From NCBI RefSeq assembly GCF_018350175.1, contig NC_058369.1, positions 20,524,001-20,584,000 of the forward strand: a stretch of 60,000 nucleotides of DNA, given 5' to 3'. Positions within the stretch are counted from its first letter, which is position 1; each line of letters starts with the position of its first letter. Below the pieces are notes generated by a model that did not search any database, was not told the origin of the DNA, and worked only from the letters and a program-made list of their open reading frames with translations. Source of the stretch: Felis catus. Its lineage: Eukaryota. Of this stretch, positions 1 through 13,045 are shown one piece after another. Made by a program: the position numbers and the translations under genes.

Positions 1-29
1 AGTACTTTTGTTCTAGTCATTATGCCTCT

Positions 30-1470
30 TATTTTTTATATTAACAGCCTTTCATTTTAAAGCAGTTTTAGGTTTATGGAAAAATTGAGCAGAAAATAGA
101 GGTCCCATGGGCTCCCTGCTCCTCATCCTGCTGCACACAGTTTAGCTTATTATTAACATCTTGCATTAGCGTGGTACATTTATTACAATTGACAAACCAG
201 TATTGCTGCATTATTATTAACTAAAGCCCATGGTTTACATCAGAGCTCACTTTGTGTTTTGTAGTTCTCTGGTTTTTGACAAATACATAATTTATGTGTC
301 TGCATTTATAGTATCATACAGAATAAAATGCTCCTATGGTTTCACCTGTTCATCCCTCATTCCCTCCACCAGACACCTGCCAACCATTTACTGTCTCCAT
401 AGTTTGCCTTTTCCAGAATGTCATATAGTTGGAATCATGCAATATGTTACCTTTTCAGATTTAAGTTCAAAATTCCTCCATGTCTTTCTGTGGCTTGACA
501 GCTTGTTTCTTCACTAAATATTCCATTGTGGTATGGATGTACCGCAGTAAGTTTATCAGTTACCCATTGGAAAGTCTTCTTGGTTGCCTTCAACTTTTGA
601 CAATTGTGAATACAACTGCTATAAACATTCATATGCAGATTTTTGTGTAGACATAAGTGTTCAACTCACTTGAGTAAATACAAAGAAGCTGAATTGCTGG
701 ATCATATAGGGAGCCTATGTTTGGTTCTGTATTAAACCACCAAACTGTCCTCCAGAGTGGGTGTGCCATTTAGCATTCCCACCAGCATTGAATAAGCATT
801 CCTGTTGCTCCACATCTTAGCCAGCATTTGGTGTTGTCAGTGTTTTGGATTTTTGACTTCCTAATAGATGTGTAGGGTTATTTCATTATTGTTTTAATTT
901 TCAATTCTTTAATAATGTATTATGTTGAATATATTTTCATATGCTAGTTTGCCATCCGTACCTCTTTTCTGGTGAAGTGTCTGCTTGGTCTTTTCTTCAT
1001 TTTTAATGAGTTGTTCATTTTCTTATTATTAAGTTTTCAGGGTTATTTGTACATTTTAGATAACAAATCTTTATCAACTGTCTTTTGCAAACATTTTCTT
1101 CCAGTTTGTGGTTTCTTTTCTTATGTCTCATAACCACTGTCTTTTGCAGAACAGAAGCTTTTATTTTAATGAGGTCCAGCTTATCAATTCTTTCATGGCT
1201 CTCGGAGTATTATACTTCTGTGATCCATTTTGAGTTAATTTTGTAAAAAGTGTAAGGTCTGTGTCTAGCTTCACCTTTTTTGCATGTGGATGTTGTTTTT
1301 TAACATCATTCATTGAAAAAAAACCTTTCCATTGGATTGCCTTTGCTCCATTTTCAAAGTTCAGTTGACTATATTTGTGTGAGTCTATTTCTGGGCTCTC
1401 TCTTCTGTTCCATTGATCTATTCTTTCAACAATACTGCACTATCTTAATTACTGTATCTGTACTGCAAAT
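30..1470 (-). mobile_element. Old L1 (L1MC-like) 3' end/ORF2 fragment
   Basis: T-rich antisense L1 motifs such as 'gaattgctggatcatat' and 'cattcccaccagca'; the minus ORF 447..632 resembles the L1 ORF2 C-terminal region. Confidence 0.75.
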
Positions 1471-2619
1471 CTTGTAATTGCACTGCGCCATCTCATTTTG
1501 GGTTTGCCATGTGGGACAGAGAGAAGCAGAAGACAAGACAGGATGGAGGCCCTGAATGGTGGAATCAGAACTGAGATTGGAGATGTATCAGGTGAGGGGC
1601 TTGAGAGCATGGGGTGAGCATCCTGGGAGCAAGAATGAAATGCCATCTGGGAATCCTTTTTCAGAGCTGCAAGGGACCAGTAGGAGATGGGCCCTTACTT
1701 GCTGAACTATCTTCTTAGGGGCCTAGTATGCTGGGCCAGTCTGAAGGTCAGTATATTTCTTTGTTGATCAGGCCTAGGGCAATATCTCTTGGGGACACAA
1801 TGTCACTTGGGGAAAGAGCAAGAATGGGGATACAAAGTCCCCCAGAGTGTGCTCAGGACCACTCCTGCCCCAAGGCTACAAGCGTCTCCCCCTCCCCCCC
1901 ATCCCTACTTCTAGTGTTTCAGTGTATTCTCAGGGAGAGTTCCTTCTCCAGCTCAATTCTCAATGATGATGGGGAAGAGAAGGGAAGTTCTGTGATGTTC
2001 TGTGAGGGTTTGAGAGGTCTGACTCTGAAAGCCCCACCTACAGCCTCACCTCTGCTGAGGAGCTCTGGGTGTCTCCACCAATCCAGGCCGACTCTAGCCA
2101 CAGACCTGGCTGCTAAAGGAGATCCTCTCTGTGGATTCCCATCCTATGTCTCATTGATTTCTTCTGCCTCAGGCTGTCTGTTGCCCAACACCCACAGGTC
2201 CAGACACCTCCGGTTCTCAAGACCCCCGGCCATTAGAGGGACACCCAAGGTGGTAGTTTAGACCTTGGATGAACCTTGGCCTTCTTGGGCTGGTCCCTGA
2301 GTCTCCACTGCTCACACAGGAATGGTGCCATATTCCTGGGGTCCTGTCTCTGGGGATAAGAGGCCCCACATATTTTCCCCCCAACAGCCTCTCCCCATCC
2401 CAGCCCCAGCTACCTGTGTTTTCTTGCTTCCAAGAATTTTCCACCAAAGGAGCTCTCCCTCTGAATCCCTGTTTTACTTTGCATTCTTAGCTCATCGCAG
2501 AGTGGAAAGCCTTAATTACCTTGAGCCTGGTGAGCAGTTTGGAATTCTGCATCACCATCCCCAGGTAGGACCACATGGGCCTAGTGGGCTATATTACCTG
2601 AGCTGGGAAGGGCTTAACT

Positions 2620-2765
2620 CAACGGTTTTCAAATCATGGTTGCACATTAAATTCCAATGTCCAGGCCTCTCCACGGACCAGTAAAAGTAGGATCTCTGGA
2701 TGTGCCCAGGCATTGGTATGTTTTGTGTCCTAGGGGATTCCAATGAAACATAGGTTGAGAATCAG
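2620..2765. mobile_element. MER5A-like hAT DNA transposon fragment
   Basis: Ends 'cggttttcaaa' and 'gttgagaatcag' resemble MER5 termini (from recall). Confidence 0.5.
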
Positions 2766-3581
2766 AGACGTAAAGCCTTGCCAGCCTGGGTTTTAACCAT
2801 CTCTCGCTGCAGGGGTGGTGCCTACAGGGAAAGTCATGCAGAATTCTGTCATATTCAGCATGCAGACCTAGCGAGTCTCCTACCTCTCACGCCAGCGAGG
2901 CGGGCAGATGAGAGCTGTGTCCAGAGCTCCTGGAGGGGTTCCTTTGGAAGAGCAAGCTATGGCTGCATCACTGCCACCTGCAGCTACTGGAGGCAATGGG
3001 TGTCAGACTGATCCCTGAATCCCCGTCTCTGCCATAGCTGTTCTGGAAACACCCTCCCCTGAGCCCCACACGCACGCACGCACACCCCTGAGGAAAGGGG
3101 AAGCCTTACCCAGATGCAAGGCCCCTGAGGACCTCTGATTTCTGTACACTTCCTCCCACCCCTCAGGCAAGGCCACCCATTGCAGACACCTGGGGAGGGT
3201 CATGAGCCTCAGGCTTCTGGGAGACAGGTTCAGAGACAAATATCTGAGGGACCTTGAGCATCCAAGCAGAGGCTGTGAGAGACAGAGACAGGGCTGAGCC
3301 TAGGTGCTGAGAGTTAGCAAGAAATTCAGCCAGCACAGGCCATCAGCTCCTGAGACAGGCCCTGCAGGGGGCGTGGCCATCTGTGGGAGGGTTGGGGCAA
3401 ATACAGTGGATCTTGGGGGGAGGCCAGAAGAGCTGCTTCTGAAGATGTGGTAAGATTTAGAGGTCATATCCCTAAACCAATGACTTCCAGTGGTATAGGG
3501 ACAGTCCTTGCCTACCCTTGGACTCCCTCTGCTTGTTTCCTCAGCCCTACCTCCCTGGGCTCTCTCTCCCCTCCCCCACAG

Positions 3582-4352
3582 TGCCTGGTTTTCCCAGGAA
3601 GTGGCCAGCAGAGGGGAGGGAAACCTTGTCTCTCAACCCCTGGTGGTGGAAGCGGCAGGCACAGCTGCTGCTCCTGGGCTCCTGTCCTGGTCTTCCCCAG
3701 AGGCTAGCTCTGGCTGACTATCCCCCAGTGAGGCACAGCTCCTGTCCTGCTGTTGCTCAGCTGGGTGCCCTGTCTTCCTGGCTCCCTGTCAAACACTGCA
3801 CTGGCCCTGAGGACCCTGCCTAGCATAGGCCTGTGGAATCCTGGTCTTCCCAGCTGGCTCTGGCTGCAGCCTGACTCTCTGGTGTCCTATCTTGAATGGA
3901 GATGCCTGGGGAGGGGCAGCAGAAAAATAAAGCCCAGTGCCTAACCCTGCTTGTGGAGAGAGCTGGGGTCAGGCTGGCTGAGGTGTCAGAGCCTGTCCTG
4001 GGTCCTGGGGTCTCTTCTGGGTCCAGGATGGGTCAGATTTGCATTAAGAATAAGGGCCTAGATGGGGCGCCTGGGTGGCGCAGTCGGTTAAGCGTCCAAC
4101 TTCAGCCAGGTCATGATCTCGCGGTCCGTGAGTTCGAGCCCCGCGTCAGGCTCTGGGCTGATGGCTCGGAGCCTGGAGCCTGTTTCCGATTCTGTGTCTT
4201 CCTCTCTCTCTGCCCCTCCCCCGTTCATGCTCTGTCTCTCTCTGTCCCAAAAATAAATAAACGTTGCAAAAAAAAAAATTAAAAAAAAGAGTACGGGCCT
4301 AGAGTGGGGTACCCTGGGATGGGCTGATCCCTCTTTTATGGCTCTAATTTCC
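3582..4352 (+). repeat. Copy 1 of a local inverted duplication (partner at about 28050..28422); IQCF6 3' flank
   Basis: 31 nt from 3582 (tgcctggttttcccaggaagtggccagcaga) are identical to the reverse complement starting at 28422; clear homology continues to the AATAAA at 3926-3931 and weaker homology to about 4352. Confidence 0.85.
4064..4288 (+). mobile_element. Young felid Can-SINE (SINEC_Fc-like)
   Basis: Head ggggcgcctgggtggcgcagtcggttaagcg, CT tract and A tail; TSD aagaataagggcctaga / aagagtacgggcctaga. Confidence 0.95.
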
Positions 4353-4382
4353 AAAGAGCAAGAGTATGCTCAGTTAAGTGTC

Positions 4383-4388
4383 TTTATT
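4383..4388 (-). terminator. IQCF6 polyadenylation signal (AATAAA)
   Basis: tttatt on the + strand, about 40 nt downstream of the IQCF6 stop. Confidence 0.75.
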
Positions 4389-4425
4389 GGAAGAGAGATC
4401 CAGTCTCTTTGGCTCTACTAGTGCC

Positions 4426-4926
<501 letters not shown>

Positions 4927-5005
4927 TTATTTCCAGTCCCCCACTCATCAGTAGTCACTGCTTATTATCTGTCAGGCAGACCCTTTCCGTGTGGGTGTTA
5001 CTCAC

Positions 5006-5020
5006 ATTTTGTGTGTCCAT
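5006..5020 (-). CDS. IQCF6: IQCF6 coding exon 1 (MDTQN)
   Basis: gccATG GAC ACA CAA AAT followed by a GTGAGT donor; phase 0 join to exon 2 gives 127 aa; MDTQN is the recalled IQCF6 N-terminus. Confidence 0.9.
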
Positions 5021-5039
5021 GGCCCTGGTCTTCAGAGTC

Positions 5040-5125
5040 CACTCATTTATCAGGCCACCCTAGTCTTTAGCCCCGCCCTCAACTGTTAGTCACCCCCCCC
5101 CCCCGTTAGACTCCGCCCACCTGCA
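5040..5125 (-). promoter_or_regulatory. Putative IQCF6 proximal promoter (GC boxes, MYB-like sites)
   Basis: ccccgccc at 5071 and ctccgccc at 5111; TAACAG (5083-5088) and TAACGG (5103-5108) on the minus strand. Confidence 0.35.
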
Positions 5126-6223
5126 CACAGGTCTCCTCCCTCATCAGGTCCTGTCCATCCACATTTTTGCCACATCTCTCTCCTCTCTCCTCTTGTTCGT
5201 GCCTCCTTCCGGATTGACCAGTCCCCTCACTTGTTAATTCCCATCATTTTGGAGGTCGGCCGTTATCTCTTGCTTGCAGTATATTTCGCAGACCCAACTA
5301 GCCTCTTAAGTCTTGCTCTTTCTACACTTTCCAGTCACTTGTTTCTGTTCCTGTTGGTGGCAGCAATAAGAGACTCATGCAGCTTTCCTTCAAGTAAGGG
5401 GTTTTACTTAGGAATACTCCTAGCCAGTTTGGATTTCCAGAAGCTTAAGTGTCAGAGCCCGTGGGAGGGCCTCCAAACAGTGCATTCACAGGCTAGTATG
5501 CTTTCATGTAAAATTTGTGAAAGCAAGACAGTTGAAGAGGCCCTCTGTCTCCCCCTGTCTGACCACCTCTGTCACTCTTCTACTGGGTGGTGTTGGAGTG
5601 GCTGCAGCCCTTTTTGGGACATGACTAAGGAGAAACAGAGCTGGGATATGCGTACTTGGTTAAATGAGACAGATTTATGTCGTTCACAGTCGCCGTGGGG
5701 AATAGATACATCCTTGCCAACCATTCCACTAGAAATGGCTTCCAGGAAGGCTCTCACCAGTTACTGTGTCATGGTAAGAAGATGCAGCGACACATGCTGC
5801 TACGGTGATATGAACATGCCCTACAGCGCCAGGCACCAGAAGTAGGTGGGCGGGGGAGGAAAACGGAGGCTTGAAAAGTATGGAGATAAAAGCTGCTCTG
5901 TAGAAAGTTCTTCCTCTTGTTAGACATGTAAAACCGTAACTGGAAGATTCTGTTCTCACTGATGCCCGCTTAAAACTGAGGTTCTGTCTTGTCGGGAATA
6001 TACCTGCTAATGCAGTGAGACCATTATAAACATGCCATACTTTTCTCTTATTTTGGCTTGAATTTTGTGAAAGGAAATTGATCAGAATTCCTGTGATTTC
6101 AGTGCAGCAACTAGCAGAGCTACTCAGAACAAACAGTGTGTAAGTCAGCATGAGAAATCATACTTTACTTCATGGCATCCTGAGTATCTATAATAAATAA
6201 GTTTTATCAAAAATGATATTACA

Positions 6224-6447
6224 GGGGCGCCTGGGTGGCGCAGTCGGTTAAGCGTCCGACTTCAGCCAGGTCACGATCTCGTGGTTCGTGAGTTCGAGCC
6301 CCACGTCAGGCTCTGGGCTGATGGCTCAGAGCCTGGAGCCTGTTTCCGATTCTGTGTCTCCCTCTCTCTCTGCCCCTCCCCCGTTCATCCTCTGTCTCTC
6401 TCTGTCCCAAAAATAAAATAAACGTTGAAAAAAAAAATTTAAAAAAA
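6224..6447 (+). mobile_element. Young felid Can-SINE
   Basis: Canonical head and tail; TSD aaaaatgatattaca / aaaaatggtattaca. Confidence 0.95.
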
Positions 6448-6639
6448 TGGTATTACAAAATCATCATATTCAGAAGTAATCAAAGGTTATGCTGCAAAAA
6501 GATGTAGGAAAAGCATGATAGAGGTGGGAAGGTGAGCTAATATATACATGATGCCATGCTTTGGTATTTGCCAACTTTTGAGAATTTACAATTTGTTGTA
6601 ATTTCTTTATTTGTCCTTCATTATTCACTTGCCAATTTC

Positions 6640-6725
6640 AAGCCTGTAATTTTGTATTCTTTTTCTTAAAGTAGGCCTTCCAAATTATATAAGCCTCAGG
6701 CCCCACAAAACCTGGATCTGCCCTG
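6640..6725 (-). mobile_element. MER53-like hAT element fragment
   Basis: Reverse complement 'cagggcagatccaggttttgtggggcctgaggcttata' matches the recalled MER53 terminus. Confidence 0.6.
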
Positions 6726-7969
6726 CCGTGTGTAAGAATGCAATTGTGCAGCCAGGTCTCCTGGGAGCTCACAGAAAGCTGCGATTCCAGGATCAGGTTT
6801 GGGACTGGAAGTGCGGACGCAGGTGATGCAGAGATGCCGGGCGTCCTTTGGGATCTGGAAGGCCATTGTGGCTCTGGCTTTAGCATGCGTGTTAGCATTC
6901 ATTTTTCTGCATGAGGGTTTGCTAGGCATCCGCTGCTTGTTGGGCTATGCACTGTCTGTGGCTCCTGTTTATGTGTATTTGAGACCTTGTGTGAACGCTC
7001 ATTCTCATGGCCATGGCATTGGCCATTGGGGTGTCTCAGAGGTTCTGTCCCTCTTGTCAGCCACACAAGCTCTTTGCATCATGTAAAAAGTCCTCTGGAG
7101 CAGACTCTGTTGCTTCCTTTAATGACTGTCAGTCTGGGTGAGCAGAGAGCTGCTATCAGTGTCTTAAAGGCCTCCATCGCTGCACTCAGCTATTGGTCCT
7201 GGCATCAGGCATCTATCCACTCCCAGTCCTGTCCACCAGATTTTGCAGAAGGGATCCACAGGCTGTGGGCATGGCCAGTGTTCGGAGGCTCAGTCCATCT
7301 GGGCCAGGTTGCCATGATCAGGGTGTCAGATCCCACTATTCCTTGTGAGTCTCTCCCCTACCCCACTCTGGCCTAGGTGTGTTGTTGCCAGAATACCTTG
7401 GCTTTGTCTCCTTCTTAGAAGTCTCTGGGAGAACCTGCTGGCCCCTTTTATGTTCATGCTTTTATAGGTATTCACAAAGTGGCAGCAGATGGGGCCGAGA
7501 GGTAAGATTACAGACCTCGAGCCTTGGTCTCTAGTTCATCAGTCCCCTCCGCTCCCCAGCTTCCGGCTCTCTTCTCTTCCTTGCTTGATTTCTTGATCTG
7601 ATTATAAAATGGTACATATGTTGCTAACATTTCAAATAATGCAGAAACATGTAAGGTGGAAAGTGGATTTCCCATGAAATTTGCCTCCAAAGCTCTTCCT
7701 CCAGAATTTATACCATGCACAGACTAATTTACATTTTCTATTAAAAATAATTTCTTTTTAATTCATATATTTCAAGCTAAAATATCCCTTAGCAATCCTT
7801 CTTGGCATTAGTACTAATTCCAGCTTGGAGAGTATCCTGGACAATTAGTTATATAGACACGGTACATCCATGTGCCTAAGGAAATATAAAACCGTTTTGT
7901 GTGTTTTATGTATTTTTTTAAGTTAATTGAGGTAAAAATTACATAACATAAAATTGACCGTTTTAACCA

Positions 7970-8282
7970 TTTTATTATTTTGTTTATTTAGAGAGACAGC
8001 ACAAGCGTTAGAGGAAGAGAAAGAATCTTAAGCAGGCTCCACACCCAACACGGAGCCCAACACGGGGCTTGATCTCAAATCCTGAGATCATGACTTGAGC
8101 CAAAACAAAGAGTTGGTTGCTGGGGGCGCCGGGGTGGCTCAGTTGGTTGAGTGTCTGACTTCAGCTTGAGTCATGATCTCATGGTTCGTGAGTTTGAGCC
8201 CCGCATTGGGCTCTGTGCTAACAGCTCAGAGCCTGGAGCCTGCTTTGGATTCTGTGTCTCTCTCTTTCTCTGCCCCTCCCCT

Positions 8283-8333
<51 letters not shown>

Positions 8334-8430
8334 GGCTCTCTCTCTCTCAAATAAATTAAAAAAACATTTAAAAAATTAAAAAAAAAAAAAAAGAGTTTGT
8401 TGCTTAACCGACTGAGCCACCCAGGCACCC
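7970..8430. mobile_element. Minus-strand Can-SINE with a plus-strand Can-SINE (about 8122..8392) nested inside it
   Basis: The minus SINE body at 7970-8121 resumes at about 8393; duplicated target aaagagttggttgct / aaagagtttgttgct. Confidence 0.85.
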
Positions 8431-9344
8431 CTTAACCATTTTAAAGTGTATAATTGAGTGGCTTTTAGTACATGTGCCATGTTATACAACCATCACTGCT
8501 ATCACTGCTATCTAGTTAACCAACTGAGCCACCCAGGCGCCCCTCGGCTTGTTTTAATTCTAATTTTGCCCCCTCCCCCCCAATAAACCGTGTATCCATT
8601 ACACAGTCATTTCCCCTTACCCTTCTGTCACCCCAGACCCTGGCAGCTACTAATCTGCTTTTAGTCTGTATGGAGTTGCCTATTCCAGATGTTTCTTATA
8701 AATGGAATGAGAGAATAAATGGCCTTTTATGACTGGCTTCTTTTACTTTGCATGTTTTCAAGGTTCATCCGTGTTCTAATATGTATCAGTACTTCATTCC
8801 TTTCTATGGCTAACTACTATTTTCTTGCATGGATATACCACATTTTGTGTATCCACTCATAAATTGGCAGATATGTTAGTGTTTTTCGCTCTTTGGTGAT
8901 TGTCAATAGTACTGCTCTGAGCATTTGTGTACAAGTATTGGTTTGAGCACCTGTTTTTAGTTCTTTTAGCTATATACCTAGGAGTGGAATTGCTGGGTCA
9001 TGTGGGAATTCTGTGTTTAACTTTCTGAGGAACTGCCAATCTGTTTTCCACAGCATCCAGGCCATTTTACATTCCCACCAGTCTCCATATCCTTGCCAAC
9101 ACTTGTTATTTCCCACTTTTTAAAATTATAGCATTTCATTGAGGTTATGATTTGCATTTGCCAGATGATGTTGAACATGTGCTTTGGGGGCATTTGCGTA
9201 TTTTTCTTTGGAGAAATGTCTATTCATGTCCACTGACCACTTTTTAATTGGCTTCTTTGTCTTTTCATTGTTGAGTTGTAAGACGTCTTTATATATTCTG
9301 GACTCTAGGTCCTTATCAGATATTTGATTTGAAAATATTTTCTT

Positions 9345-9560
9345 GGGGCACCTGGGTGGCTCAGTTGGTTGAGCGTCTGATTTCGGCTCAGTCATGATCT
9401 CACAGCTTGTGAGTTCGAGCCCCGCGTTGGGCTCTGTGTGACAGCTCAGAGCCTGGAGCCTGCTTCTGCTTCTGTGTCTCTCTCTCTTTCTGCTCCTAAC
9501 CCACTCGCATTCTGTCTCTGTTTCTCTCAAAAATAAATAAACATTAAAAAAATTAAAAAA
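9345..9560 (+). mobile_element. Can-SINE
   Basis: ggggcacctgggtggctcag head, CT tract, A tail. Confidence 0.9.
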
Positions 9561-9944
9561 AATATTTTCTTCCATTTTGTAGGTTGTTTTTTCCTTTTTT
9601 ATATAATGACGTTTGGTGCACAAAAGTTCTTAATTCTGTTGACATCCAATTTATCTATTTTTCTTCCATTGCTTATACTTCAGTGCTAGAGCTAAGAATC
9701 CATCCACTGCCAAATCCAAGCTCATAAAGTGTTACTCCTGTGTTTTCTTCTCAGAGTTTTATAGTTTTATCTCTTACCTTTGGGACTTCAATCGATTATG
9801 AGTTAATATTTGTATATGCTGTGAGACAAGAATGCAACTCCATGCTTTTGCAGAGGGTTACCCAGTTGTCCAGGCAGCGTTTGCTGAAGAGAATATCCTT
9901 TCCCCTGAGTCTTGGTGTCCTTGTTGAAAAATCAGTTGAACACA

Positions 9945-10145
9945 GGGGCTCTTGGGTGGCTCAGTTGGTTAAGCCTCTGACTTTGGCTCAAGTCATGATC
10001 TCGTGGTTCTTGAGTTCAAGCCTCACACTGGGCTTTCTGCTGAGCCTGCTTTAGATCCTCTGTCCCCTTCTCTCTCTACCCTTCCCCTGCTCTTGCTCTC
10101 TCTTTCTCAAAAAATAAATAAACTTAGAAAATTAAAAAAATAAAA
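9945..10145 (+). mobile_element. Can-SINE
   Basis: Canonical head and tail; TSD aaaatcagttgaaca / aaaatcaattgaaca. Confidence 0.9.
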
Positions 10146-12117
10146 GAAAAATCAATTGAACATAAATCTATAGGTTTATTTGTGGTCTTTCAATTCTAAT
10201 CCATTGATCTACATATCTAGATAGTACCATACTATCTTGATCACTGTAGCTTTGAAATTGAGAAGTTTGAGTCCTCCAACTTTATCTTTTTCAAGATCAT
10301 TTTGGCTATTCTGACACCTTGGCAATTCCATCTGAGCTTTCCGTTTCTGTAAAAAAAAAAAAAAAGGGCAGTGAGAATGAAAGGTATTGCATTGAATCTG
10401 TAAATCAATTTGGAGAATATTAAGTCTTCTGACCCATGAACACAGAATATCTTTCCATATACTTAGGTCTCCTTTCATTTCTTTCAGTGTTTTATAGTTT
10501 TAAGTCTACAAGTCCTACACCTGCTTGGTTAAATTTATTCCTAAGTATTTTTATTCTTTTTAAACAATTGCTTAGGTTTATTTACTTTGAGAGAGAGAGA
10601 GTGTGTGAATGGGGCAGGTGCAGAGAGAAAGGGGGGGACAGGATTTGAAGCAGGCTCTGTGCTGACAGCGGAGAGCCCGATGCAGGGCCCAAACCCATGG
10701 TTCATCTAACTTGGATGCATTTTAGTTCTCTTTCTTGTTTAATTGCCTTAGTTAAAACTTCCAGTGTGATGTTGAATAACAGTGATGAAAGCAGATTATC
10801 TTGGTCTTATTCCTCATCTTAGAGAAAAAACTTTTCAGTCTTTCACCATTGAGAACAATGTCAGTTGTGGGTTTTCCATAGCTGCCCTTTATCAAGTTGA
10901 GAAATTTCCTTCTACTCCTAGGTTATTGAATGCTTTTATCATGAAAAGATACTAGATTTTGTCAATTCTTTTTCTGTATCAATTGAGATGATCATGTGAT
11001 TTTCCCCTTTATTAACATTGATTTTCATCTGTTGCACTTGCCTTCCTCCCATTCCTGGGATAAATCCCATTAGGTCCCATTGTATAATCCTTTTAATATG
11101 TTTTTGGATTTGATTTCCTGATTTTTTTTTTTTGAAGTTTTTGCATCTGTACTCATAATTGGTATTGGTCTTTAGAGTTTTTTTCTTATGGTATCTTTGT
11201 CAGGAGTTGGCATCATGGAAGTGCTGCCCTCAAGGAATGAGTTAGGAAGATTCTCTTCTCTTCTGTTTTTGGGAAGAATGTTAGAAGGAATGGTATCAGT
11301 TCTTCTTTAATGTTTTATAAAATTCACCAATAAAGTCGGCTGGCCCTGGGCTTTTCTTTATTAGAAGTTTTTAAACTGTTGATTCAATCTTTTTCCTTGT
11401 TACAGGCCCATTCAGATTTTCTATTTCTTCTTCAGTCAGTTTTGGTTGTTTGTGTGTGGCTAGGAATTTGCCCATTTCCCCTTGGTTATCTAATTTGCTG
11501 GTATAGCAAATTGTTTGTAAGATTCTCATGATCTTTTTATTCTATAAGGTCCCCACTTTCATTCCTGATTTTACTAATGTGAGTTTTCAGTCTAGCTAAA
11601 GGCTTGTCAATCTGTTGGTCTTTTTAGAGAATCAACTTGGTTTTATTGATCTATTGTTTATCTTATTTTCTATTCTGTTCATCTTAGCTCTAATCTTTAT
11701 TATTTCTGCCCTATTTGCATTTAGTTTGCTCTTCTTTTTCTAGTTTTTTGAGGTGGAAGGTTATTAATTTGAGATATTCTTTTTTTTTAAGTTTATTTAT
11801 TTAAGTAAAGTATGCCCAATGTGGGGCTCAAACTTATGACCCTGAGATCAAGAGTGACTCTCTTGACTATTCTGAGAGCCACTGAGTCACTGAGTGACTC
11901 TCAGTGACTATTATGACTAAGCCAGCCAGGTGCCCTGAGATATTTCTTCTTTTTTTAATGGAGGCATTCACAGCTATAAATTTCCTTCTGAGCACTGCTT
12001 TTGCTATATCCCATCCATTTTGGGATGTTGTGTTTTGTTTTTAATCATATAAAAGTATTTTCTAATTTTCCTTGGGATTTCTTTTTGACCCACTAGTTAT
12101 TTAAAAGTATGTTTTTT

Positions 12118-13045
12118 GGGGCATGCACCTGTGTGGCTCGGTCCGTTAAGCATCCAACTTCAGCTTAGATCATGATCTCCTGGTTTGTGAGTTTGAGCCC
12201 TGCGTCGTGCTCTGTGCTGGCAACTCAGAGCCTGGATCCTGCTTCAGATTCTGTGTCTCCGTCTCTCTCTGCCCCTCACTCACTCATGCTCTGTCTTTCT
12301 CTCTCAAAAATAAATAAACATTAAAAAAAATTTTTTTTAAGTGTGTTTTTAGTAGGGGTTGTCTGGGTGGCTCAGTCATTTGAATGTCTGACTCTTGATT
12401 TCGGCTCAGGTCATGATCTCATGGTTTGTAAGATCGAGCTCCACATGGGCCTCGGGCTTCAGGCTCTGGACTAACAACGGTGGAGCCTGCCTGGGATTCT
12501 CTTTCTCTCCCTCTCTCTCTCCCCCTCCTCCACTCTTGAACGTGCATACACACTCTCTCTCAAAATAAATAAATATTCTTTTTCTTAAAGTGTGTTTTTG
12601 GGGGCGCCTGGGTGGCGCAGTCGGTTAAGCGTCCGACTTCAGCCAGGTCACGATCTCCCGGTCCGTGAGTTCGAGCCCCGCGTCGGGCTCTGGGCTGATG
12701 GCTCGGAGCCTGGAGCCTGTTTCCAATTCTGTGTCTCCCTCTCTCTCTGCCCCTCCCCCGTTCATGCTCTGTCTCTCTCTGTCCCAAAAATAAATAAACG
12801 TTGAAAAAAAAAAATTTTTAAAGTGTGTTTTTGGAGCCCCTGGGTGGCTCAGTAGGTTAAGTGTCCAACTTCGGCCCAGGTCATGATCTCACAGTTCATG
12901 GATTCGAGCCCCGCGTGAGGCTCTTTTGCTGACAGCTTAGAGCCTGGAGCCTTTTTCAGATTCTGTGTCTCCCTCTCTCTCTGCACCTCCCCAGCTCATG
13001 CTTGCACTCTCTCTCTGTCAAAAATAAATAAACTTAAAAAAAAAA
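12118..13045 (+). mobile_element. Four head-to-tail Can-SINEs (starts at about 12118, 12355, 12600, 12833)
   Basis: Four SINE heads, each preceded by aagt(g/a)tgttttt. Confidence 0.92.

Noticed and set aside
1728..2261. 177-aa ORF
   Set aside because: No recognisable domain or exon structure; consistent with a chance ORF in GC-richer sequence.
5231..5845. 204-aa ORF upstream of IQCF6
   Set aside because: TTG start and no recognisable homology.
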